Below are positions 37,482 through 48,798 of a stretch of 64,000 nt of DNA, piece by piece. Location of the stretch: the NCBI GenBank assembly GCA_965248835.1, contig CBDFLJ010000001.1:576001-640000 (forward strand), read 5' to 3'. A program made the position numbers and the translations under genes. The first letter of the stretch is position 1. Each line of letters begins with the position of its first letter. Origin of the DNA: Alphaproteobacteria bacterium (lineage in GTDB: Bacteria; Pseudomonadota; Alphaproteobacteria; MPNO01). Below the pieces are notes generated by a model. The model had not been told where the DNA came from. It saw only the letters and a list, made by a program, of their open reading frames with translations, and searched no databases.

Positions 37482-39107
37482 ATGCGGGCGTTCCTGACCC
37501 TTCACAGCCCGGCCGAGACACGCCGCTACTACGAGACCGGCGTCTGGCAGGAACAGACCTTCTACGGTCTGCTCGCAAAGCACGCCGCCGAGCGCGGCGC
37601 GGCGTTCGCGCTGCGCGATGCGGCCCGCCGGCTGACTTGGGCGGAGGTCAAGGCCTGGGCCGACGGGCTTGCCGCCGACCTGCGGTCGCACGGGCTGGTG
37701 GCCGGCGACCGGGTCTCGATCTGGCGCGGCAACGCGATCGACTCGGTGATCGTCCTGCTCGCCTGCTCGCGCGAGGGCATGGCCTGCAACCCGACGCTCC
37801 ACCGCACCAACACCTGCGCGGAGGTCGCAACGCTGTTGCGCCGGCTGCGCAGCGCGGCGTTCTTCACCGAGCCCGGCTGGGGTGCGGACCGCGCCGATGT
37901 CGACTTCGATGCCATGCTGTCGGAGATCGGCCACCTGCGCATCGTCCACACGCCGGACAGCTTCCCCGGCCCCGGCGCGGCGCCCCGGACCGCGCCCAAC
38001 GCCGACCCGGACAAGGTCGCCTATCTCGCCTTCACCTCGGGCACGACCGGGACGCCCAAATGCGTCATGCATTCGGACAACACCCTGTTCGCCAATGCGC
38101 GCGACATGGTCGACACCTGGGGGATCGGCCCCGACACGCGGCTGCTGTCGCTGAGCCCGCTGTCGCACCACATCGCCTGGGTCGCCGCCGCCCAATGGGT
38201 GTTGAGCGGCTGCGAGTTCATCACCGACGACCGTCCTGCCGGGGTGGAAAAGATCGACTGGATAAGCGAGACCGGGGCGAGCTACGTGATGGGCGTGCCG
38301 ACCCACGCAATGGACGTGCTGGCCGAGCAGAAGGCCGCCGGCGCCCCGCGGATCGGCGCGGTCGAGATCTTCTACATGGCCGGCGCGCCGATCCCGCCGG
38401 TAGTCTGCGAGGCCTTCCTCGCCCAGGGCATCAAGCCGCAGAACATCTACGGCATGACCGAGAATTCCTCCCATCATTTCACCCACCCCTCGGACTCCGC
38501 GGAGACCATCACCCGGACCTGCGGGCGGGGCGGCAAGGCCTACGAGGTCGCGATCTTCGACATGGAGGATCCCGACAAGCGCGTCGGGCCCGGTGTCACC
38601 GGCCAGATCGGCGGCCGCGGCGGTGCGCTGACCTTGGGCTATTTCGGCAACCAGGAGGCCACCGAGGACAGCTTCAACCGCGACGGCTGGTTCCTTTCCG
38701 GCGATCTGGGTGCGCTGGATGCGGACGGCAACCTGTCGATCGAGGGCCGGCTCAAGGACCTGATCATCCGCGGCGGGCACAACATCTACCCTTCCCAGGT
38801 CGAGGCGCTGGCGATCCGCCACCCGGACATCGAGCGGGTTGCGGTCTTCCCGGTCCCCGACGACCGCCTGGGCGAGAAGGGCTGCATCGCGGTCATCGGC
38901 ACGCCCGAGCCCGAGGCGTTGCTCGACCATCTGTACCGCGAGGGCCTGTCGCGCTACGACATGCCGGAATACTTCATCCGCATGGAGGCGTTCCCCTTGA
39001 CCGCAAGCGGCAAGATCCTCAAGCGCGCGCTGGTCGATCAGGCGAAGTCCGGCGAGATCGTACCGGTCCCGGTGCGATTCACCGCCAAGCCGGAGGCCGC
39101 GCAATGA
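37482..39107 (+). CDS. Acyl-CoA synthetase (cyclohexanecarboxylate-CoA ligase AliA-like)
   Basis: FTSGTTGTPKCVMH, YGMTE, GWFLSGD, GRLKDLIIRGG, TASGK. Confidence 0.85.
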   Translation: MRAFLTLHSPAETRRYYETGVWQEQTFYGLLAKHAAERGAAFALRDAARRLTWAEVKAWADGLAADLRSHGLVAGDRVSIWRGNAIDSVIVLLACSREGMACNPTLHRTNTCAEVATLLRRLRSAAFFTEPGWGADRADVDFDAMLSEIGHLRIVHTPDSFPGPGAAPRTAPNADPDKVAYLAFTSGTTGTPKCVMHSDNTLFANARDMVDTWGIGPDTRLLSLSPLSHHIAWVAAAQWVLSGCEFITDDRPAGVEKIDWISETGASYVMGVPTHAMDVLAEQKAAGAPRIGAVEIFYMAGAPIPPVVCEAFLAQGIKPQNIYGMTENSSHHFTHPSDSAETITRTCGRGGKAYEVAIFDMEDPDKRVGPGVTGQIGGRGGALTLGYFGNQEATEDSFNRDGWFLSGDLGALDADGNLSIEGRLKDLIIRGGHNIYPSQVEALAIRHPDIERVAVFPVPDDRLGEKGCIAVIGTPEPEALLDHLYREGLSRYDMPEYFIRMEAFPLTASGKILKRALVDQAKSGEIVPVPVRFTAKPEAAQ

Positions 39108-39871
39108 CCGTCGCGCTTTCCCGCGACGGCGAGGCGGCGCTAGTCACGCTGTCCCGCCCCGAGGCGCTGAACGCGCTGTCCTTCGGGGTCCTGCGGGACC
39201 TCGGGGCAGCCTTCGATGCGGTCGCGGAGACCGATGCGCGGGTGCTCTTGATCACCGGCGCGGGCGATCGTGCGTTCTGCGCCGGCGCCGACATCAAGGA
39301 GCTCAAGGGGCGCACGGTGATCGAGGAGAAACAAGACACCCGGCTCGGCCAGTCGGTCTTCGCCAAGCTCGATGTCCTGCCGATCCCCTCGGTCGCGCTG
39401 ATCAACGGCTACGCCTTCGGCGGCGGGCTGGAGCTCGCCCTGGCCTCGACCTTCCGCCTCGCTTCGCCGGACGCCAGGCTCGGCATGCCCGAGGTCAAGC
39501 TCGGCCTGATTCCGGGCTATGGCGGGACCCAGCGGCTGCCGCGGCTGATCGGCGAGGCGCGCGCGCTGGAGATGATCCTGACCGGCCGCACGGTCGGGGC
39601 CGAGGAAGCCGGGCGCATCGGGCTGGTCAACCGGGTCGTCGAAGGCGACCTGATCGCCGCCGGGCGCGACTTCGCCGCTCAGTTCACCGGCTACAGCCTG
39701 CCGGTGCTCGCGATGGCCCGCGAAGCGGTGCAGCGCGCGCTGGACAACCCGATCACCGAAGGGCTGAAGATCGAGGCCGACCTGTCGACGCTCGCCTACC
39801 GGACCGAAGACGCGGCCGAGGGCATGGCGGCATTCGAGGAGAAGCGCAAGCCGGACTTCAAGGATGCCTGA
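39104..39871 (+). CDS. Enoyl-CoA hydratase/isomerase
   Basis: AFCAGADIKE, GGGLELALA, PEVKLGLIPGYGGTQRL. Confidence 0.92.
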   Translation: MTVALSRDGEAALVTLSRPEALNALSFGVLRDLGAAFDAVAETDARVLLITGAGDRAFCAGADIKELKGRTVIEEKQDTRLGQSVFAKLDVLPIPSVALINGYAFGGGLELALASTFRLASPDARLGMPEVKLGLIPGYGGTQRLPRLIGEARALEMILTGRTVGAEEAGRIGLVNRVVEGDLIAAGRDFAAQFTGYSLPVLAMAREAVQRALDNPITEGLKIEADLSTLAYRTEDAAEGMAAFEEKRKPDFKDA

Positions 39872-40580
39872 ACCGGGCCGGCGGGTGGTGGTCAGCGGCG
39901 CGAGCCGCGGCATCGGCGCCGCGATCGCGCTCGGCCTGGCGGATGCCGGTTATGACGTGATCGGCCTGTCCCGCACCGGTGCCAGCGCGGCCGGACGCGG
40001 CATCGCCTGCGACATGACCGACGAGGCGGCCGTCAAGGCCGTCTTCGCCGGGCTTGCCGTCGATCCGGCGCCGCTCGCCGGGCTGGTCAACAACGCCGGC
40101 GCCCACGGCCAGGCACCGATTGCGGATATGGCGACCGAGGATTACGAGCGGGTGATGGCGTTGAACGCCACCGCGGTGATGGTCGCCGCGCGCGAGGCCT
40201 ATCCGTTGCTCAAGCGCGACGGCGGCGGGCTGATCGTCAACATGGGCTCGTTCTTCGACAAGCTCGGCGTGCGCGAGCACCTCGCCTACTGCGCCTCCAA
40301 GGCCGCGGTGGGCGCGATGACGCGGTGCATGGCCGTCGAGTGGGCCGAGGACGGGATCGCCGTGGTCAACCTCGCCCCGGGCTATGTCGAGACCGACTTC
40401 AACCGCGCGTTCCTGAACCGCGAGTCGGTCAAGACGTGGATCGGCCGCCGGGTGCCCGTCGGGCGCACCGGGACGCCGGACGAGGTCGCCCGGCTGGTGG
40501 TCGCGCTCTATGTGGCGGACATCGCCTACCTTACCGGCGAGACCATCTATCTCGACGGCGGGCACGGGATGAACCACTGA
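39864..40580 (+). CDS. SDR family oxidoreductase
   Basis: SGASRGIG, NNAG, YCASK. Confidence 0.9.
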   Translation: MPEPGRRVVVSGASRGIGAAIALGLADAGYDVIGLSRTGASAAGRGIACDMTDEAAVKAVFAGLAVDPAPLAGLVNNAGAHGQAPIADMATEDYERVMALNATAVMVAAREAYPLLKRDGGGLIVNMGSFFDKLGVREHLAYCASKAAVGAMTRCMAVEWAEDGIAVVNLAPGYVETDFNRAFLNRESVKTWIGRRVPVGRTGTPDEVARLVVALYVADIAYLTGETIYLDGGHGMNH

Positions 40581-41746
40581 TGACGGTGTTCGACCGCCTG
40601 GCGGCGTCCCGTCCGTGGACCGAGGATGAGCGCATCCTCATCGACCAGGTCCGGCGCGTCGTCGATCAGGTGCTGGCGCCGAACGCCGCAGATTTCGACC
40701 GGACCGGCGCGTTTCCCTGGACCAATGTCCAGGCGCTGAACGCGCTGGGGCTGAATGCGCTCTTCGTGCCCGAGCCCTATGGCGGCGCTCCGGCGCGCTA
40801 CCGGCTCTATATCGAGTGCGTGCGCCTGATCTCGGAGGCGTGCGCGGCGACCGGCATCATCTATGCGACCAACTTCCATGCCATGAAGCCGGTGATCGAC
40901 TTCGCCGACGAAGCGCTGAAGGCCCGAGTGTTGCCCCGGATCGCGGGCGGCGGCCTGGCCGCGATCGCCATCACCGAGACCTCCGCCGGATCCGATGCCA
41001 CGGGGATGAAGACCCGCTTCACCCCGGACGCCGAAGACGTGGTGGTCGACGGCGGCAAGCTGTTCATCACCAACGGCGATGTCGCCGATCTGATCCTGTT
41101 GTTCGGCAAATGGTCGGAGATCGAAGACGACCGGGAGGCGATCACCGCGCTGGTCTTCGAAAAAGGCACGCCGGGCTTCGAGGTCCTGCGCACCGAGACC
41201 AAGATGGGTCTGCGCGCGTCTTCGACCGCGGCGATCGCCTTCGACGGCTGCCGCGTGCCGCGCGCGAACCTCGTGGGCGCGCCGGGCCGGGGGCTGGAGA
41301 TCCTGCTCGCCTCGCTCAACCTCTCCCGCCCCTCGGTCGCCGCCCACGCGCTGGGCATCGCGACCGCCGCCTTCAACGACATGACGGGCTACATCAACCA
41401 GCGCAGCCAGTCGGGACAGCGGATCATCGACTTCCAGGGCAACCAGTTCCTGCTGGCCGACCTCGCCAGCGAGATGGCGCTGGTCGGGTGCTGGATCGAC
41501 CATGTCGCCGGCATGATCGATGCGGGCGCCGCCGACTTCGGCATCGAGGCTTCGATCGCCAAGCTGCGCGCTTCGGACCTCGCCATGCGCATGACCACCG
41601 AGGCGGTCCAGATGCACGGCGGCTACGGATATTGCAGCGATTACCGGGTGGAGCGCCTGATGCGCGATGCCAAGATCACCCAGATCTGGGAGGGTACCAA
41701 CCAGATCCACCGCCAGCTCATCGGCCGGAGCTTCCGGCAGCGATGA
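40580..41746 (+). CDS. Acyl-CoA dehydrogenase
   Basis: ITETSAGSD, KMGLRAS, QMHGGYGY, RDAKITQIWEGTNQI. Confidence 0.93.
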   Translation: MTVFDRLAASRPWTEDERILIDQVRRVVDQVLAPNAADFDRTGAFPWTNVQALNALGLNALFVPEPYGGAPARYRLYIECVRLISEACAATGIIYATNFHAMKPVIDFADEALKARVLPRIAGGGLAAIAITETSAGSDATGMKTRFTPDAEDVVVDGGKLFITNGDVADLILLFGKWSEIEDDREAITALVFEKGTPGFEVLRTETKMGLRASSTAAIAFDGCRVPRANLVGAPGRGLEILLASLNLSRPSVAAHALGIATAAFNDMTGYINQRSQSGQRIIDFQGNQFLLADLASEMALVGCWIDHVAGMIDAGAADFGIEASIAKLRASDLAMRMTTEAVQMHGGYGYCSDYRVERLMRDAKITQIWEGTNQIHRQLIGRSFRQR

Positions 41747-42624
41747 GCACCGCCATCACGACCGTCGGCGTGTGCGGGGCGGCCGGCACGATGGGAGCCG
41801 GGATCGCGATCGTCGCCGCGCGCGCCGGCTTCGAGACGGTGTGCTACGACGTCTCGGCCGAGGGGCTGGAGAAGGCCGGTGCCCAGACCGAGGCGTTCTT
41901 CGAGCGCTCGGTCGAGCGCGGCCGGATGTCGGGGCACGACCGGGATGCGGCGCTGGCCCGGATCCGCGCGGCCGACGGGCTCGAGGCGCTCGCCGGCTGC
42001 GATCTTGTGATCGAGGCGGTCTTCGAGGAGCTTGCGGTCAAGCAGGCGCTGTTCCGCGCGCTCGATCCGATCTGCGGCAAGCACACCATTTTCGCCTCCA
42101 ACACCTCGACCTTGTCGATCACCGAGATCGCCTCGGGCTGCGGGCGGGAGGACCGGGTCGTCGGCATGCATTTTTGCCTGCCTGCCCAGCTCATGAAGCT
42201 GATCGAGATGTCGCCGGGGGTGAACACCTCCGATGCGGCCTTCGCCGCGGCCTGGGCCTGGACGGAGGCCGCCGGCCAGCAACCGGTGAGGACCCAGGAC
42301 AAGCCCGGCTTCGTCCTCAATGCGCTGCTGGTTCCGTTCAACAACGACGCCATCCGGGCGGTCGAGGCCGGGGTCGCCGGCGCCGCGGATATCGACAAGG
42401 CGATCAAGGCCGCGCTCGGCTACAAGATGGGGCCGTTGGAGCTGGTCGACCTGATCGGGCTCGATACCCAGATCCGCCTGTCCGAAGCGTTCTACCCGAT
42501 CACGCTGGACCCCCGCGCGGCCGCTCCGCCGCTGCTGCGCCGGATGGTCGCCGCCGGGCGTCTTGGCCGCAAGTCGGGCCGCGGCTTCCACGACTATGAG
42601 GGCAGCACGATGTTCGGAGCCTGA
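41743..42624 (+). CDS. 3-hydroxyacyl-CoA dehydrogenase
   Basis: GAAGTMGAGIA, IEAVFE, ASNTSTL, GMHFCLP, PGFVLN, MGPLELVDLIGLD, LGRKSGRGF. Confidence 0.9.
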   Translation: MSTAITTVGVCGAAGTMGAGIAIVAARAGFETVCYDVSAEGLEKAGAQTEAFFERSVERGRMSGHDRDAALARIRAADGLEALAGCDLVIEAVFEELAVKQALFRALDPICGKHTIFASNTSTLSITEIASGCGREDRVVGMHFCLPAQLMKLIEMSPGVNTSDAAFAAAWAWTEAAGQQPVRTQDKPGFVLNALLVPFNNDAIRAVEAGVAGAADIDKAIKAALGYKMGPLELVDLIGLDTQIRLSEAFYPITLDPRAAAPPLLRRMVAAGRLGRKSGRGFHDYEGSTMFGA

Positions 42625-42627
42625 ACG

Positions 42628-43253
42628 GTGGCTTACGCGATCCGCAGCGCCGGCGAAAGCCGCTCGTTCCCGCCGGGCGATCCGTTTCTTGCCGGTGCCG
42701 AATCCGATGCCGACATCCTGGTGCTGCTCGGCGTGCCGTATGCACCCGACCCGGCGCGGACGGCGATCCTGATCGAGCTCGGGACCGAGTGCCTGGGGGT
42801 GCACACCGGGGAGAAGGCCGGCGCGGAAGGCTCGAATGCGGTCGGCTTCGCACGCTACCGCAACGGTTCCGATCCGCCGTCGAACCTGGTCGAGCTGGTG
42901 CGCCAGCCGGCGAGCGCGGACTCCGCGATCGCGGCAGCGCGGGCGGTCTTCGAGGGCGCCGGCCTCGACGTGGTGGTCTCCGCCGACCAGGTCGGGCGCA
43001 TCATCGACCGTCTGGTGCGCCCGAAATACAACGCCGCGCTCCGGTTGCTCGACGAGGGGCTTGCAGCCGCGGCCGACATGGACCTCACCTGCCGGCTCGG
43101 GCTCGGCTACCCCGACGGCCCCATCGAGCGGGTCGAACGCGGCGGGCTGGTCCACCACTACGAGGTCTGCCGGGCGCTGTTCGCGGTCAACGGGACGCCT
43201 GGCTACGCGCCCGCCCGCCGTGCCGTGGTCGCCAAGGCGAGGATGGGGGGCTG

Positions 43254-43254
<1 letters not shown>
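42628..43254 (+). CDS. 3-hydroxyacyl-CoA dehydrogenase C-terminal-domain protein with degenerate N-terminus
   Basis: LVELVR, GRIIDRL, DMDLTCRLGLGYPDGP; no GxGxxG motif. Confidence 0.75.
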
Positions 43255-44374
<1,120 letters not shown>

Positions 44375-44378
<4 letters not shown>

Positions 44379-45106
44379 GCCCCTGCGCGCCGGGGCTGGT
44401 GCGAAAGCGGATCTATCTCCTGCGCCACGGCGAGGTCTCGTATTTCGACGCCCGGGGCCGGCCGGTTGACCCCCGCGCCGTCCGGCTCACCGAGACCGGC
44501 ATCGCCCAGATCGAGGCGGTCGGCGCGCTGCTCGCCGAAGCGGCGATCGACCGGGCGGTCTGCAGCGGCCTGCCGCGGACCCGCCAGACCGCCGAGATCG
44601 CGCTGGCCGGCCGGCCGGTCCCGATCGAGGATGAGCCCGACCTGCGCGAGATCAAGGGCGGGCGCTTCGCCGACGTCCCGCCCGAGCGCGCACGCGCGCT
44701 GATCGCCAATGCCTTTCGCGGCGCCGGGGACGATGCGGCGCGGTTCTTCCACGGCGGCGAGAGCTTCGGCGCCTTCGGTGCGCGGGTGACCGCGGCCTTC
44801 GAGCGCGCGCTGCGCCGGCCCGCATGGGACCGGCTGCTCGTCTCCGGCCATGACGGGGTCAACCGGGTGATCCTGTGCTGGGCCGCCGGCGCGGGCCGAG
44901 GCGCGATGGCGGCCTTCGAGCAGGATCACGGCGGGCTCAGCATCATCGACATCGATGTCGAGGCCGAAAGCGGCGCGATCGCCCACCGGATGCTGCGCTG
45001 CGTCAACCTCACGCCGGCCGATCCGGCCAAGCACCGGACGTGGGCGACTTCGATGGAACCGATCCATGCCCGCTATCTCGAGGCGCGCGAAAAGGGGCAT
45101 CTGTGA
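44375..45106 (+). CDS. Histidine phosphatase family protein
   Basis: LLRHGE, RTRQTA, LREI, SGHDGVNR. Confidence 0.88.
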
Positions 45107-45125
45107 GCCGGCCTGTCCGGAACTG

Positions 45126-46874
45126 TCAGGCCCTTTCAAGCTGTTCGGCGTCGAGCGCGTAGAGATGGTCGGCGCCGTTGCAGGCGCTTGCGGCCAGGGC
45201 ATCGGCGGTCGGCATGATCTCCAGGGCGTAGAAGCGCGCCAGCGCACGCATCTCGGCGCCGTGGCGGTCGTTTCCGGCCGCCTCGGCCATGCGGTGCCAC
45301 ATCCAGGCAACGGCAACGGTCGCAACCAGGCGCAGATAGGGCGTGGCGCCGGCCAAGGCGTCGGGCGTGGCCGCGGCCGCCAGGCGGTCGAGGAGATGGG
45401 TGGTGGTCGCCCGCAGCGTTGCCAGCCCGTCGGCCAGAGCGGCTTGGATCTCGGGAACCGCCGGGCCGGAGGCACTGCCGGCGAGCTGTGCCTCGATGCG
45501 CCGGGCCAGGATCTCGAAGGTCGCGCCTTCGTCGCGGCCGAGCTTGCGCAGCACCAGATCGATCGCCTGGATGCCGTTGGTGCCCTCGTAAATCGGCGTG
45601 ATGCGGGCATCGCGCATGAGCTGCTCGACGCCGTGCTCGGCGATGTAGCCGTGGCCGCCGTGGACCTGGACAGCGAGGCTTGCGACCTCGACCGCAAGGT
45701 CGGTGCAGTGGGCCTTGCAGACCGGCAGCAGGAAGGAAGCGAGCGCCGCGGCATCGGCATCCTCCGCGCCGCGGGCGAGGTCGAGCTGACAGGCGGCCTC
45801 ATAGGCCAGCGCCCGGGCGCCGCAGGTCTGCGCTTTCATGGTCAGCAGCATGCGCCGGACATCGGCATGCGCGATGATCGGCGTGCCGTCCGCGGCGCTG
45901 TTGCCGCCCTGGACACGCTCCGCCGCGTAGGCCAGCGCCTTGTCCAGCGCGGCCCCGGCGATGCCGACGCCTTCCAGGACGACCTCCAGCCGCATGGTAT
46001 TGATCATCGTGAACATGTTCTGGATGCCGCGGCCGGGCGCGCCGAGCAGGAAGCCGGTCGCGCCGTCGAGCTGCATCTCGCAGGTCGGCGAGCCGTGGAT
46101 GCCCATCTTCTCCTCGATGCGGGCGGCACGGATGTTGTTGCGGCTGCCGAGCGCGCCGTCGCTGCCGGGGAGGAACTTCGGGACCAGGAACAGGCTGAGC
46201 CCGCGCACGCCGGCCGGCGCACCGTCGATCCGCGCCAGCACGATATGGCAGATCTGCTCGGTCGCGTCGTGCTCGCCGAACGAAATGAAGATCTTGGTCC
46301 CGGTCAGCGCGTAGGAGCCGTCGCCGTCGGCGACGGCCCTGGTGCGCGCCTGGCCGATATCGGAGCCCGCATGGGGCTCGGTCATCACGATGGTGCCGGC
46401 CCATTCGCCGCTTACCAGACGCGGGACGTAGAGCGCCCGGGTCGCCTCGTCGGCATGGGCCAGCAGCACCCGCGCGGCGGCGCGGCTGGTCACCGTCAGC
46501 ATCGTGAAGGCGAGGCTCGCGCCGTTGGACATCTCCGAGACCGCGGCCTGGGCGATCTCCGGCATCGCCTGCCCGCCGAACGAGTCGGGCAGCGCGAGCG
46601 AAGGCCAGCCGCCGTCGCAGAACGCCCGATAGGCGGCATCGAAGCCGGGTGACAGGCGGACCACGCCGTTGTCGAACGTTGCGCCGATCCGGTCGGCGTC
46701 CCGATTGATCGGCGCGATTGCCTCGGCGGCCAACCGGCCCGCCTGGCGGACCACCGCCTCCAGCGTCTCGCCGTCGAGGTGGGCGTAGGCCGGCAGGGAA
46801 AGCACCCGCCCGGTGTCGATCACCCGGCGCAGCACGAACGCGATGTCCTCGACCGGCGGTCTGTAGCCTGCCAT
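45126..46874 (-). CDS. Acyl-CoA dehydrogenase (long, DmdC/FadE5-like)
   Basis: MTEPHAGSD, GTKIFISFGEHD, EEKMGIHGSPTC, QVHGGHGYI, IYEGTNGIQAIDL. Confidence 0.9.
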   Translation of the reverse strand: MAGYRPPVEDIAFVLRRVIDTGRVLSLPAYAHLDGETLEAVVRQAGRLAAEAIAPINRDADRIGATFDNGVVRLSPGFDAAYRAFCDGGWPSLALPDSFGGQAMPEIAQAAVSEMSNGASLAFTMLTVTSRAAARVLLAHADEATRALYVPRLVSGEWAGTIVMTEPHAGSDIGQARTRAVADGDGSYALTGTKIFISFGEHDATEQICHIVLARIDGAPAGVRGLSLFLVPKFLPGSDGALGSRNNIRAARIEEKMGIHGSPTCEMQLDGATGFLLGAPGRGIQNMFTMINTMRLEVVLEGVGIAGAALDKALAYAAERVQGGNSAADGTPIIAHADVRRMLLTMKAQTCGARALAYEAACQLDLARGAEDADAAALASFLLPVCKAHCTDLAVEVASLAVQVHGGHGYIAEHGVEQLMRDARITPIYEGTNGIQAIDLVLRKLGRDEGATFEILARRIEAQLAGSASGPAVPEIQAALADGLATLRATTTHLLDRLAAAATPDALAGATPYLRLVATVAVAWMWHRMAEAAGNDRHGAEMRALARFYALEIMPTADALAASACNGADHLYALDAEQLERA

Positions 46875-46961
46875 CCGGTAGTCCCTCCCCTGCCCCGCTT
46901 CCGGCGCCACGTTGCTGCGCGGGCGGCGGCGTGTAAACGCCCGACTGGATCGGAACGAGCG

Positions 46962-47432
46962 CTATATCGGCTTGGCCAGAAGCGTTGGGATGGAATAGGT
47001 GTCCAGGACGACGATCCGTTCCAGGAACTTGAGCTCGTCGCCGAACGCGGCGACGGTGTCGCGATAGCACCCGACGCTGAACAGATGGGAGCTGCCCTCG
47101 ACATTGGTCTGGTAGAGCGCGTAGCCGGTCTCGGCCTCGATCCGGCCTTGGTGCGTAGAAACCACCCGCGGCAGGCCGATGACGTGGCGCGTGGTGTGCG
47201 GGTTGTAGGTGTTGGCCTTCAGGAGCGAGACGATCCGATCGCTCAGCGCCTTCTTGGTCTCGCACAGCATGACGCTGCCCGGCAGCCCCTGCTGGATGTT
47301 CTCCAGCGGCACGATCCGATAGCTGCACTCATCGTGAAACAGGTCGAGCCAAGCCTGATAGGTCTCGTTGTCGAGATGGGCGCCGGCGCGCGCCATCAAA
47401 TCCTGAAGCTTGACGAAAACGGCGGCTTCCAT
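46962..47432 (-). CDS. Aromatic ring-hydroxylating oxygenase beta subunit
   Basis: 156 aa directly downstream of the alpha subunit; WLDLF...YRI, DRI, RHVI, IPTLL..PI (NagH/AndAd-like). Confidence 0.85.
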   Translation of the reverse strand: MEAAVFVKLQDLMARAGAHLDNETYQAWLDLFHDECSYRIVPLENIQQGLPGSVMLCETKKALSDRIVSLLKANTYNPHTTRHVIGLPRVVSTHQGRIEAETGYALYQTNVEGSSHLFSVGCYRDTVAAFGDELKFLERIVVLDTYSIPTLLAKPI

Positions 47433-47435
47433 CTC

Positions 47436-48701
47436 TCACCCTGCGGGCGGGTCTTTCAGATTCATGATCTCGTAGTAGTAGGACCAGAAACCCCGGATCA
47501 TCACGTCGTCGAGCTTCTCGTCGCCGTCCCGGATCGGACCGCGCCCGCCCATCTCGACCACCGCGCTGTCCGCGCGCGCGGAGCGGTGGCCGTTCTGGCA
47601 CGCCTCCAGCGCTTCGGCATCCTCCAGCGAGACGAAGCCGGCCGGCCCGGCGAAGTTGGCCTGGCGCAGCCGGTGCCGGGTCATGTCCTCCCCGTCCTCG
47701 GCGTAGCCGAAGATGGTGAAGACGAGCTCGAACGCGCCGGGGCCCTTGGGCCGGACCTGGCGCGCGGCAAGCGCGTTGCGGATCTGCTGGAAGACGCTGT
47801 TGGGAAACACCGAGCACATGGTGGTCGAGTGGTCGTCGTCGAATTCCGGCACGAAGCGCAGCAGAGCGGGGTCCTGCAGCGCGAGCCTCGCGCCCGCGCT
47901 TGCCTCGGCTAGCGGCAGAAGCGGCGCGGCCGGGTCGGTCCGCGGCGGTTCGTCGTCCTCGTACTCCTGGCGCGGCTGGCGGACGAACAGGATGCTGTGC
48001 CTGTGTCTGGCGTCCATCCTGGAGCCGCAATCGTGGCTCGCGCGGTTGATCCCGAACGTGTTCTGGAAGCCGTGCAGCAGGGCGCCGTGATAGTGATCGC
48101 GCACGTTCTCCAGATAGGCCTTCCAGTTGCTCCGGACGTATTGGCGCTGGTAGCCGAGGACCCGGACCGGCTTGTGGAACAGCCGGTCGAGATGGGCGAG
48201 ATGGCTCGGTCCGAGATAGTCCCGCAGCGGCTCGACGGTTTCGGAGAAGCTCGCGAACAACACGCCGTTGACGCCGTCGACGCGGAGCCTGCGCAGCCCG
48301 TGGCACGCCATGTCGAAGTCCGCCGGCATGCCAGGGCTGCCGCCGATCCCGTGCCGGTGGGGCACGCCGATGAGCGCGCCGGTGAGGTCGTAGGCCCAGC
48401 TATGGTAGAGGCAGACATGGGCGGGCGTGTTGCCGAAGTTCTCGCGCGCGATCAGCGCGCCGCGGTGAGAGCAGCGGTTGACGAAGGCATGCACCCGGCC
48501 GTCCTGATCCCGGTTGTATATGACGGGCGTCTCGCCGATGAAGGTCGTGCGGAAATCGCCCGGGTTCGGGATCTCGGCCTCCAGCCCGAGATAGGACCAC
48601 GTCTCGCCCTCGAAGATGCGCACCAGCTCCTCGGCATAGAGGTCCCGGTCGTGGTAGAGCGCATAGGGGATACGATCGAAGCCGGCGTCCGCGTGAACCA
48701 T
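47436..48701 (-). CDS. Rieske ring-hydroxylating oxygenase alpha subunit (salicylate 5-hydroxylase / anthranilate AndAc / terephthalate group)
   Basis: NRCSHRG..CLYHSW, NWKAYLENVRDHYHGALLH, GPAGFVSLED. Confidence 0.88.
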   Translation of the reverse strand: MVHADAGFDRIPYALYHDRDLYAEELVRIFEGETWSYLGLEAEIPNPGDFRTTFIGETPVIYNRDQDGRVHAFVNRCSHRGALIARENFGNTPAHVCLYHSWAYDLTGALIGVPHRHGIGGSPGMPADFDMACHGLRRLRVDGVNGVLFASFSETVEPLRDYLGPSHLAHLDRLFHKPVRVLGYQRQYVRSNWKAYLENVRDHYHGALLHGFQNTFGINRASHDCGSRMDARHRHSILFVRQPRQEYEDDEPPRTDPAAPLLPLAEASAGARLALQDPALLRFVPEFDDDHSTTMCSVFPNSVFQQIRNALAARQVRPKGPGAFELVFTIFGYAEDGEDMTRHRLRQANFAGPAGFVSLEDAEALEACQNGHRSARADSAVVEMGGRGPIRDGDEKLDDVMIRGFWSYYYEIMNLKDPPAG

Positions 48702-48798
48702 CGCAGATAATCCCTCGCCCGTTGAGTCCGCCCGCCAATCCTATCCCCCGCCTCGCCCGCGCGCCAACGCCGCAGCCGCCGGTCGATATCCTCGCCCG